Source of the DNA: Wallemia ichthyophaga EXF-994
Taxonomy: Eukaryota; Fungi; Basidiomycota
Direction of reading: 5' to 3'
DNA length: 62,000 bases
Assembly: GCF_000400465.1 (NCBI RefSeq)
Contig: NW_008806282.1
Coordinates: 20,001 to 82,000 of the forward strand
The notes under the pieces are model-generated. The model did not search any database. It had not been told where the DNA came from and saw only the letters and a program-made list of their open reading frames with translations. Of the stretch, positions 1-12,144 are shown piece after piece. Both the position numbers and the translations under genes were made by a program. The first letter of the stretch is position 1; each line of letters begins with the position of its first letter.

Positions 1-319
1 GGAATTGGGTACTGAGATTCAACCAATTCCTTCACAAATTGATAGATCGTTATACGTTGCACCAAACGCTAGTGATGACGATGGTCAAATTCAGCAATCT
101 CAACAACAACAAAAGGGTTTACCTACTTTACCACCAACTCAACAAGTCATGAACGCTTATTCACAACCACCACCTCAACCAACATTCAATCAATCGAATC
201 AAAATCACCAGTATCAACAACGTAGTAATCGTGGTGGATACAATAGTGGATATTATGGAGGATCTGGTTTTCGTGGCAGAGGTGGTGGACCACCACGTGG
301 AGGAGTTCCTAGAGCTTAG
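1..319 (+). CDS. DHH1: 3' end of DEAD-box helicase Dhh1/DDX6 (truncated by window edge)
   Basis: LGTEIQPIPSQIDRSLYVA matches the conserved end of the Dhh1 helicase core; followed by a Q/N-rich and RGG tail; TAG at 317-319. Confidence 0.8.
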   Translation, partial: ELGTEIQPIPSQIDRSLYVAPNASDDDGQIQQSQQQQKGLPTLPPTQQVMNAYSQPPPQPTFNQSNQNHQYQQRSNRGGYNSGYYGGSGFRGRGGGPPRGGVPRA

Positions 320-467
320 AACTTTCATTTTACAGTTAATCAGTTTATCTTTCCTTTATCTTTTCCTTATGTGAAATAGTTTACTCTTTCATTTCCTCCT
401 CATTTCTTACGTTTCAATTCACTTTATTGCTTATACTACTTGAAGCACTCAAATCGTAGTATAATCG

Positions 468-1410
468 ATGGCTCACTACTTGACAAATATTATTGCCATT
501 TCCTCAAATCCACAATTCCTCAGTGTTGAATTAGTTTCTACCTTAAACTAAACACTAAATTAAGCACTTAACCAACCATCAAACCTTGAATAAATCTAAG
601 AAGCTTAAACGCAAAGAGTACATTATTAAGACGTTCAACTTTCCACCTCACCTCATTCCATTTACAAGCCGTCAGGACGGGATACTTTACACTTTCACAG
701 AATATTCTGAATTATCGTTAAGTTTAGATATCCTCAATAACTTAGGTGATGTGTTCAACAGACATCATGCGCATATCCAACACACCTCTACCTACACTCT
801 GTAAACGACTAACAAACTAACAAAAGGCCTTCCGTATACACACAATCAGCCGAGAAAAGTTTTTTTTTGTTCAATTTGATTTTGTAAGTTAAATGCACAA
901 ATCACATTGAAATAATGCGTTATGCTGGAAGTATTGGGGAATTATCAATATAATATCAAGTATACAATGAGAAGTAACTGAAGTGACTGTGAACTTGTTA
1001 GAAAATCGTATGTACTGTGTTATAAGACAACTAATACAGCTGATACGTGATCAGACGTTTAAGATATATTATCAGCATAGAGACGGTTCAAGTGAACCAA
1101 GTCAGAAAGCCATGCATATGAATCTTAATCATCATCTTGTATAGCTAGTAGCAATTACTTATAATCTATACTCACCTAGAGCTAATTGTCAGTGTATTCA
1201 ATTATGATGAGACCATGGCAAGACAGAGAATCAGTCTATCATTTAAGGACAGCAGTCCATCCACATAAGCCATGGAAAGGCGTTGGATAATACATGCGTT
1301 TAAAGCATCATTTTGACACGCTGCCACAGCCTCTCAAGTAATTCTACTCACAACGTAGTGGTTCAGGTTGAAGAGTTGAGGAATAAAATTTGGAAATCTC
1401 ATTTAAATAA
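468..1410 (+). pseudogene. Candidate stop-interrupted gene (weak)
   Basis: ATG at 468; TAA cluster in one frame (549, 561, 591, 597, 606, 627) reads LNQTLNQALNQPSNLEQIQEAQ if TAA=Gln; strong donor gtaagt at 884; overall stop density is close to random. Confidence 0.3.
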
Positions 1411-1585
1411 TAAAAAACATAAATTTATTACATCATTTGATTTTAATCACAATACTTGTTTCAAGAGGTAATTCTGCTTACTTGATGACTTTGTACTTTA
1501 GCTATTTGATTGAGTTATTTGGAGTTATACCTTAAAATTGAACTTGAGTTGGGGAAAAAGAACTACAGCATTTGAATTGAACCGC

Positions 1586-2952
1586 TTAGTCTGCTTTGTT
1601 TTGAGTGTAATCCTATTCAATACCATCATCAGACACCGAGAAAACCAACTTAAAACAAACTAACCTCCATCTCAGCGTCCAAGTCTTCAGCTGATTTGGC
1701 AACTCTCTTCTCTTGCTTTGGCTGATCGCTGCGCTTTTTGGTTGGTTTCCTAGTGAAACCGTGTTAATTGATCTGCTCCAACGACTGCCGGTATAATTGG
1801 ATTTATTAAAGAATTGAACATTAATGACAACCCCAACGTATCCAAATATAACAGTGCAACAACGTGAAAGACGAAACTCACTTGATAGCCTTCTTGGTCT
1901 TTGGCTTAACAGTGGTGACTGCCTCAGCAGGCTTTGGAGCTAATCTTTGAATTAATCCGCTCTTATCTGATGATTCAACGACTATTTCAATCTTGATTGG
2001 TCTGTCTGTTGATTTTATATTGAAGAAAAAGCGCTCGTCAGTCATTTTGTTCTAAATCAATGCAAGCACACATTATTTAGATAGTGTGGGGTGTGTTTTT
2101 CCCAGCAATGCATTGTAGACTCTAGCTGACTAACTGAAGCTTGAATCCCTTTCAACTAAGCTACTCAAAGTGGGCGTGATTAGGGTCATTGGCGAAGTAT
2201 CAAATGGGTTTGTCTCAACTGCCTATCCAATTGAGCTGACTGTCAGCCAATACCTGTCGCGCGTGATACTGAAGATCAAGTCGGTTAGCTAGACATTTGC
2301 GAGCTGAGTGTGGGATGATTCCGTCACTATACGCGTCACTCTGAGTCGCGTCGCGTCGCTCCAACCAGTCTAAGCGTCAGCGAGTCTGCTCAGTATGAGC
2401 TTATGACGAGTAATGCTAGAAACATGCTCAGTCATTGCAAGTATCGTACATACTCACACAACTATCTAAATAATGTGTACTATGAAAAGGTAAGACTAAC
2501 TGTTGTCAATGACGCGACCATTAAACTCCTTAAAAGCCTTGTTGCCATCACCTTTTCTCTTAAATCTAACTTGACCAAAGCCCTTCGAGGTTCCTCTTTG
2601 GTCGTAGCTGATGCTGCACTCAGCTACTGGTCCCACAGTTTCAGTCATCAATTCCTAAAGCGGTGTGAGTAACAAATATAAGTTATTGAATCTTGCTCAC
2701 CTTAAGCGCGTGGTCATTAACGTCTGGTGGGAGGTTGGAGATGATGATCTTCTTAGCCTCCTCATTGAGTGCAGCACCATCCTTGGTCCTTGGAATGACA
2801 CGATCAGCAACAGGCTTAGCGCCTTGAGCCATACGCTTCGATTCACCCTGTTTAGCGCCGCTGAGACGCTTGCGCTGAGTGGTTTTGCGATGGCTTTTGC
2901 GTTCTTGACGCTTAGCCTTAATAACGTCTTCGAGTGGCTGGTCAATGTTCAT
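1586..2952 (-). CDS. YRA1: mRNA export adaptor Yra1/ALYREF (RRM)
   Basis: N-terminal REF box MNIDQPLEDVIK, RRM (KIIISNLP, SKGFGQVRF), C-terminal box KSAEDLDAEMEDY; exons 2952-2701, 2654-2501, 2005-1882, 1749-1665, 1612-1586. Confidence 0.9.
2068..2478. repeat. Perfect 18-bp inverted repeat near the two ends of YRA1 intron 2
   Basis: acacattatttagatagt (2068-2085) is the exact reverse complement of actatctaaataatgtgt (2461-2478); extends 3 bp further with a 1-nt bulge. Confidence 0.9.
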
Positions 2953-3083
2953 AGAGGACTTGGTGGAGTGAGAATTGAGTGAGAAATTTAATTTAATTTG
3001 CTCACCATATTTATTGATAAATCGTGGTGGTTGTGGATCAAGATGTAAATTTATTTTAAATTTAATCTTTAACGCGAACGACA

Positions 3084-3507
3084 ATGATTGCGATGAACGA
3101 AAATCTATTTGAAATGGCTAAATTTGATAAACTTGAATTATTACGGGAGATAGACGATGCTGAATATCTCGACTCCCTGCACGATTCAAGTTGAGATGCA
3201 GCACTCTTGTGTTGCGCGCTGACGCTGACGGATATTCTCATGATAGATATCTCGCTAAGATTGCAAAAAATCTGCTTGCTGTTTAATTGCTGGTTAAATA
3301 CTCGTAAGAAGTTTGAAACAGCGAGATTTCATCAGGAGATAAACGACGGCATCAAGGATATTGAGCTTGAGCATCTTAAGCAGGGTGATACAAATACTAA
3401 TATATATTTATAATTACAACTAACTCTTAACTCCCTTTTCAGAGCGCGAGATGAACAGACTAGCCATCTTTGCCAGTCAAATCGAATCCGCTACAAACAG
3501 CGATTAA
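3084..3507 (+). CDS. Small (about 105 aa) predicted coiled-coil protein, function unknown
   Basis: ATG 3084; introns 3190-3246 and about 3383-3441 join an open frame MIAMNENLFEMAK...RFHQEINDGIKDIELEHLKQEREMNRLAIFASQIESATNSD. Confidence 0.65.
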
Positions 3508-3512
3508 TTTGT

Positions 3513-4748
3513 TTACGCAAATAAATGATGTGGCGCCGATGGCACTGTCTTTTGCTCCCTAGACTGTGTCGTTGAAATATCCGCAAGTAATGATCCTCCC
3601 TTGCCTTTACGCTTACCACGCCTCATCACTCCTCGTCTAGTAAACGAAAGTCCTTTGAATCTATAATGCTGTATTTATTCGTTAGTTGATGTATTTCCAA
3701 CTTTATTATCCCTTCTCACCTTCTTGTTCATATAGTAAAACAACACGCAATCTTGTACCGTTTTTCCAGGGATTTTTTCGGCTATCTCCGCGAATGATTT
3801 GGGTGTATCGACGTATGCTTTTAAGAAAACCTCCTTTTCCTCCTCACTCCAGGCTAGTGATTCGTAACTACGCTCATAATACCTTGTTGGGTCAAATATC
3901 CGCGCATTAGCGTCATTGTATGAGCAAGCCCATCTATCAATTGAAGTGACTTCTTGATTGGGTATATTAGCTTGAGTTCTGACTGCTCTGATCTTTGGAT
4001 CTCTCTTGTTCACTGTTTGTAGTCTTTGCAACATCTGATTCAAAAATTTTTCATTCTCCATTTCCTCCATATCGTTTTCATTGACGAGATGCATTGGCTC
4101 AGCATCTTGTGTCGCTTTCTCTATTATCGAACTTGAATCTGTTGCTTCCATGTCGGTGGATTCAACCGGTGGTGTTGCTTCTGCAACTACATGTTGAGGT
4201 ACAGCCGAAACAGGCTTACGGGACATATTTGCATTACGTCTATTTGTTAATTCAACATGCTCAACAGCTTCACCTCTTCTAGAACGCTTCTTCATTATAT
4301 GCTGTTGTTCTGCCTTTACTTTTACACCTCTCTCACAACTAGCTTCCCAATCAACTTGTAATGCTGCGTAATCATCGTTCAATCCCTCAATCTTTTGACT
4401 TCTGGCCTGATTTCTAAATATCATATACTCTCTCACCTTATCCTTGATTTGATCGTGCTGTTGCAAGACTTGAGATGTAAGCGAGTGAAACGTTTCAAGA
4501 TTACTATCTGTGTACTGTAATTCAAGCATTTCAACTGGCCTATCATTGACTTGCTCATTATTGAATTCCAAAGTCGGGTCTGGTGGATCGAATGATATCC
4601 CCTTGAGCTGCCTATCTTTCACCGTGTAGTTGACGAGTTGATCCAGATCATATAAAGGTGTTCCATCCGGTGCATCGGCTTCTACTCGTGCGCTTTGCCT
4701 CAATCCTGACACTGTGTGTGGATTTAACAGCGTCGGGTTTCGCATCAT
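3513..4748 (-). CDS. SANT/Myb-domain protein, Snt1/NCoR-like
   Basis: SANT motif WSEEEKEVFLKAYVDTPKSFAEIAEKIPGKTVQDCVLFYYMNKK; one 3' intron; start approximate. Confidence 0.75.
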
Positions 4749-4901
4749 GATCGTCTTGTCTGAAGTTGCAATCGACGAGCAGGATTGGTACAATTGAAAA
4801 ATGAAAATTATATTTCGTGTTCGTAGCATAGTGTCCGGTAAGAAATGGTATTGACACACGCCATCTACCCCGTAATCTAATTACCGTGGGGCTAGACGGT
4901 A

Positions 4902-5338
4902 ATGGCATGGAGACAAACTTGGAATTAAATAGGTATGGGGGTTTTTTGGCAGTGGCGGTTTAGCTATTAGCTATTTAAACTGCTTTTAATCCCCTTGTAG
5001 AGGAGAGGGAAAAATTTAACCCAAGTGTGAAACGAGCAATTAAGAAAGGAGGATGTAAGAAACGATAGCCAGATTGATCATAACAAGCGATAGATCATCT
5101 AAGAAAGCTTATATTACGTGTTATTTATCTACAATGCCAAAGTACGCCAAATGTATATTTATCCCTGCACAAGGATAACAAACATGTTTCAAACATCAAT
5201 GAAAGCAGCACTGAATTACTTCAGTTGATATATGTTACTTGCTAGGATTGGCCGTGTGGCAGCCAATCACATAAGCATGTAGAGAGAGGAGAGAGTGAGG
5301 TTGAAGCGAGTGTATTTATAGTTCCGCGTTTATTCTAA
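4902..5338 (+). pseudogene. Candidate stop-interrupted gene with one intron
   Basis: ATG 4902; intron 4933-5000 (gtatgg..ttgtag) keeps the frame; internal stops at 4926 TAA, 5066 TAG, 5075 TGA, 5081 TAA, 5243 TAG. Confidence 0.5.
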
Positions 5339-5545
5339 ACTCTACTAGCGTCTAATATCTCTATTCCCCCTCAGACATAAATTTCGGTAGCAAACCAGGC
5401 CAGTTGAAAAGTGTGCAGACTTTGAATATAGTGATGGTACAAAAATTAGCTAACTTGTAATCCACTTAAACGCAATATCGGTCTTTTCGAGCGGTTGGAC
5501 TCCGCATCGCTCCTCTCAACTCCTTGCTAATTACCATCATCACCA

Positions 5546-6426
<881 letters not shown>

Positions 6427-6736
6427 GGTCGAAAAGGTTTAGCAAGTGGCTATATTTCATAAAGATAATCTTAAGCATTCTTCTCCCATCCATACACACT
6501 CTTATAAACTGATTGCTTATTTGACTTTTTCATCGTGAGGTGATGTGTGTGTGGAGTTTGTGTGAGCGTGTCGTTTAAAATCCCACTTAGGGTGCACTTA
6601 AATCAATTTTGTACCGACTAAAGCCATGCCTTCAAGGCTTCACGCCTTCACGCGTCCACTTGTACACTTACAGCCAAAGTCAATACGCGAAATCTAAATA
6701 AATCAAAAACATCTTCTTGTTTAACGTGGTTATGAC

Positions 6737-8976
6737 AGTGAGCTTGCTAGCACGTGAATATCTGTTTATTCGCTGACGAAATCAAGTGGGAATTTCAGGT
6801 CTAATCCCAACACTCAAGGATGCCTCAAAGCCCAAGCATATCTCAGAATACAAAGGTCAGACTTTGGCTATAGACGCTTATGTTCTGTTACATCGTGGCG
6901 CGTTCAGCTGTCCAGCTGAAATTGTCAAAGCTGGTCTAATTACCGATATCAATCAGCGTAATCTTGAATTATCAAAGTTATCAACCAAATTTCTCAATTA
7001 TTCCATTTTCCAGATAAAAGCAATGATTGCTATCAAGGTTAAACCCTACGTTGTCTTTGATGGTGGTCCACTTGGTGCTAAACTCTACACTGAATCCAGC
7101 AGGGACAAGTGAGTGGGGCAAGTACTTTGAAGCACCTCTTCTGACACTATGAAAGCTCTCGTGCAAAGAACCTCGATATTGCACTCAGGTTAGAGGCTCA
7201 GGGTAAAAAAACACAAGCTAGACAAGCGTTTAGCAAATGTGTAGATATTACGCCTCGTATGGCATACGAGTTAATTAAAGTGTGTCAGCCTTTTTCCCCT
7301 TCTCTCAATTAACCCACGACCTAAGGTGCTTCGTTCATTGAGAGTCGACTATGTTGTGGCTCCTTATGAAGCAGATGCGCAAATGTATCACCTAGAGAGA
7401 ATCAGCTTAGTAGATGGAATCATTACGGAGGATTCTGATTTGCTCGTTTTTGGTGCCAGAAAAGTTGGTTTTCTACCTCGCTTATTTTCCTTCATCTCAA
7501 AGTCACTTCTCAGGTCATCTTCAAGCTCAAGCAGGACGGCAGCTGTGACGAGATTTCTAGAGATAGATTTGGCTTGGTTCGTCTCGATGGTATCCCGCTT
7601 TGTTCAGGACAATGGACGGATGTCCACTTCCGTCGTATGGCCATGTTGAGTGGATGTGATTATCGTTAGTTGTTGCTCATCCTCTCTAATGCAATCATGC
7701 TCACGCAATACAGTCAAAAGTCTACCAGGTGTAGGATTAAAGAAGGCTTTTGATGCCGTTAGACGCGGCGGTGAAACTTTTGATATGTTGACACTCTACT
7801 TTCATCATCATTATGAAAATAAAGGAAAGAAGATACCCACTGACTACTGGTATAAGTTCAGGCTTGCAGATCTTGCCTTCATGCATCAAAGAATTTGGTG
7901 TCCGATTGAACGGAAAATCAAGCCACTAAATCCACTCCCTGTTGACTTTGCTCATAATGAAGAAATTAATGATTGGATTGGTTGTGATATGCCTGATGAA
8001 GTTGCTGAAGCTATTGCAAATGGCAACTTATGTCCAATCACCAATGAAGAGTTTGCAAATGAAGCCATTGCAACAAGACCTAAAGCTATGACAGCTAGAA
8101 ATACAATCAACGATAAAGTAGCACCTCAGAAATCATTATTTGATTTTTTTAACAAGAGTAGGTAGATATCATCAATAAGCGATCTCAATTGATTTGATAG
8201 AACCGACAGGTACCGGTAACAATAGTGGAAGAAAGTCGTTTGCGGGGGTCATTAGTGAGCGTAAAACTCCAAAGCACAATACATCAGCAGGTAGTAACCA
8301 TACGAAACAAAATCAGAAGGAAAATGTCTCCTCACCCTACTTTAGTGCCATAGCTAGCACATCTCAGCCAATAAAGAGGAAGTCTAATAAAGTAGAGATC
8401 CCACGCACTTTGAAACATGTATCGCCTGAACAACCACAACCAACCAACAACATCAGCTTCAGTTCGCCAACAGCAGCGTCTGATGAGCTGATATCATCTC
8501 CTGTCTCAGTTGACGTTTGTAAGGACGAAAAAAAAATATCGATTGAGGATGAGGAGGAAGAGGTCTTTGAGGAGTTTGATACGCCATCAAGAAAGGAAAA
8601 CATCAAGAAGGCTAAATTATCAATAGAAGCAACTCCAAGCCCAACTCAAAGACTGAAGCAACAGATCGAAATGAATGACAATATCAAGACTGGAGATGAT
8701 TGTCTTGATTCAGATGATGATTGTCAAATAATAACAGATAGCTCAATGAGGTCGAATGATACAATCACCAAAAGTTGGTGGGAGAGATTCTCATATAAAA
8801 CTACGCAATCACAATCAACTACAACTTCAACATCGATACCTTCTTCCCCACCAGCTGAAGAAAGAACACAATCAACACCATTCTCATCATTTTCTGTTGA
8901 TTCTCAACCTGAAAATGCTCCAGTTAAGTCAAAGTCGTCAATCAAGTTACTCAACTTTGCATACACTCGTCAATGA
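6737..8976 (+). CDS. EXO1: Exonuclease 1 (XPG/FEN1 family)
   Basis: [43 protein letters not shown]3[12 protein letters not shown]; start codon A(6737)|TG(6787-6788) spans intron 6738-6786. Confidence 0.92.
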
Positions 8977-9078
8977 ATTATATTATATTTAAGCATAAGG
9001 ACAATTGTATCACATTATACGTTAAATTACTCAGCACTGTTTTGATTTTGACGTCATTATGTCTCTTTGAATTGAATT

Positions 9079-9507
9079 TTAAATTATATGGGCCGTTGAA
9101 CTGCTGCTATTTTAATGAAGCTGTGACCTTTTTAAATTTCTGTAATTTAAGTTGTTATACTGTGTGCACTCCTTTACTACCAACAGAGTATTGTGTGCGC
9201 CTGGTCTTCATCCGAAGCGTTTCTCCCGGTAGCCGTATTTCTTCACAGAAGTCGAACAGAGGCATAAACTAGTGTATATCTGTGTATTATCTACATTCTG
9301 CATTCATGCTTGTTCTCCTTTCTTCCTTGAATTCTCTTGTAGAACTTCCTAGAGTTTTGTAGCTTCGTCAAAGATTTTAACCTCGCGTAATATAAAAGGT
9401 GAGCTCGTTTGTCCCGCTTTAATTGATACATTAAAATTTTCACCCATCCCGGAACCCATCTTAAGAGTTTCGCTGAATTAGGTTTACGCTTCACTACCAA
9501 CAACCAT
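9079..9507 (-). pseudogene. Candidate stop-interrupted gene (3' end undefined)
   Basis: ATG 9507; single frame with strong first-position purine bias; stops at 9486, 9480, 9351, 9306, 9210, 9114 read as Q/R (KL*EVLQENSRKKGEQA*MQN). Confidence 0.5.
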
Positions 9508-9568
9508 GATAAACAAATTAAACTCAATATTTACGATCGTTATACTTCTAGCGCTCTGTCCAGCATCC

Positions 9569-11845
9569 ATGTGCTTCGGCTCTGGTGATATTTCCGAAAT
9601 ATCCGGTCTAGAGGTAAGGTTCAGTTTGTTTGACATTGGTTCAGAATGCTAAAACAGAGCGTAGGACCGCGCCTACAGACATGGAGATATCGATAATACG
9701 CTACTTGAATTGCTTTTTACCGTAGGCTCAAGCAGCGTGATCAAATCATTCCTCAAGAAAGCTTTCACTGGTTCATCTGGGAAAAAGTTTGACGTAAAGA
9801 ATGTCAAAAGAGTCTACTTTGGTAACTGGACAAGGGACCTCAGTCAAGCAATGGACGTATCTACCTTGACCAAGTTCAGTCCATCTACAATCACCTCCAT
9901 TGTTGCGGTCCTTGGCTTTCTTTCGTTCGGCTATGGCTCAAGAGAATTTGAAGTAAATGAGGAAATCTTGGGATGCTACAGACCTGAAGAGCATATTGAC
10001 AATCCAAAGAACTACGCAGATGCACCAGAAGGCTCTCCAAGAGAGATAACCGGCTATGATAAATTGCGTGGCGGGCTCGTTGACGGTGAATTAGACTTTG
10101 ACGAAAGGACAGGAATGAAAAACTACATAGCTAATGAAGACGGTGATTGGGACACTAGTTCAGAATATATCCGCAAAAATCTAATCGAATCCATCGAGCT
10201 CGGCAGAGAGGCGAGAAACGGTGGTACTGATGAGCAAATGTGGCATGCTTTGTATTTGCTTGGCAGAGCACTTCATTGCGTCGAAGACTGGCCAGCACAT
10301 TCAAACACAATCGAAGTCACCCTGCAATCACTGGGCTACTCAGATGTTTTCACTCACGTCGGAAGCAATGTAAGGGTTGAAGCACCCGACGGAAGAATGG
10401 TATCGCCAATCGTCACAGGAACATTTGGAGGTGCAGACTTCCTCCATTCCCTCCTTGGTGAGGCTACCGACAAGCTAAGCAGTCAAGGAATAGGTGATTT
10501 GAGTACGACTCTGTCTCAAAACAGGGAAAGCAATAACTCAGACCGGTTCAGAAAACTATTAGCTATGCTGCTCAAGTCCAAAGATAAGGGGGAAGCTGAT
10601 AATGACGATGAGGAAGGCCACCCTAGTGCTGATGACACAGTCAACAAACTGGATGACATCAGTCGTCACACGCATGAGGACTCTATTGATGAGAGTGAAG
10701 TTCGCGATATAATTAGGCAACTAATTAACATTCACGACGATATTGCAAGAACCATTGATGCAGTTATCGAGAAAGTACCCTTCATAAGCGATATACTGGA
10801 TGAGGCTTCTAATACACTGCAAGTTTTTATATTTTCCACTTTAGAACCTGTTCTCTCGCCTATTTTAAAGGATTTAAAGGACGTGATGTTCGAAGCCTCA
10901 GCTTGCGTAGTCGATGACGACTCTCAGCGTGAGGTCTTTGATGATCCCGACGCAAGCGACCCAACTCACTCGATGCTTGCAAAGGACCACTTTGGAAACG
11001 TACTTAACGCGCCTGCTGGTAGACTGGCGAAGTTGATGATCACCCACATTGTCAATGCTGTAGTTAAGGATGGCTGGGATGGGGAAGCGTAAGTGTCGCT
11101 GCAATTTTCACACCAGTGCTGACGCGCTATGCATAGGGACCCTAGCTCAATCGCCGATGAAGCTCTTCAAGCTCTCCATCATCCAGATTTTCAAAATGGT
11201 TCTGCTATTCAGGAAGATATGATGCAATTCGTCAAAGATTGGATTGAGTCTCAAGGAGAAGAAAAAGATGAAGTCCTGCGTAGATTGGAGAGAGACAGCG
11301 TTCTCGAACATCGCAATACAACTGATGGACTAAGTGGTGGGTCAATGAACCCAACTGATCAGGAGAAATACGGCAAATACTATGGTGCCAGTCAGGGTCT
11401 TCAAGGTCTTGCTGCGTCTGGGGCCCTGGATGGACTTCCTGGAGGCGAGCAGCTGAGTGAAGGTCTTACCGCCTTGCAACTTGGTGGTGGTGACACGAAT
11501 GAGTCTGTCGAACGCTCAAGATACGGCAGTAACAACCCAGCTCAGTACCGATCAAGCCACGAGGATAGTGGTGAGTATGCTAACGAGAGCTATGGCTCTG
11601 GCTTCAACTCAGGAAATGAATATCGTTCTGGAAACCATTATCAATATACTGGCTATGGAGGTCAGCAATCTCCTTACGGTGGTGGCGGATTACAGCCTAA
11701 CTACGGCAACAGCGGCTACGGTGGTCCACAAGCTTATGGTAACCCTGCTTACCCGGCATACCCAAACCAGCAATATGGCTACGGTTATACTGGTCAAGAG
11801 TACGGTAATGCGTACGGACAAGATTCAAACTATTACACTCAATAA
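9569..11845 (+). CDS. HET-C (heterokaryon incompatibility) family protein with Gly/Tyr/Asn-rich tail
   Basis: FGSGDIS..YRHGDID, RVYFGNWTRDLSQAMDV, YRPEEHIDNPKNYAD, LGRALHCVEDWPAHSN, DPTHSMLAKDHF are HET-C family motifs. Confidence 0.9.
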
Positions 11846-12144
11846 TACCTGCTGAATTGACAAATATATCTTGATGACGTCTACGATTTACTTTCTTCGA
11901 CAGATGAATGATTTGCTTTTACAATTCTCCTTATCAGTGTTGTCATATTGCACTTTAATGTCGGCTTTAAAGGCTATATAAAGCCAGTATCATCTCACAT
12001 CCGACTGGTCGACGTCATAGCTGTGATAAGGTGGTATGATGAAAGTGATTGTCATAATAGCACGTTGCTTTCTAACCGAATTTGACCATCTTAACTTTAC
12101 ATCTTTGCTCTAATCTTCCCAAAATATCATCACTTATACCTCTT

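Noticed and set aside
9180-9270. Structured ncRNA (snoRNA, snRNA, RNase P/MRP)
   Set aside because: Only short hairpins and no diagnostic boxes; better explained by the minus-strand cryptic frame.
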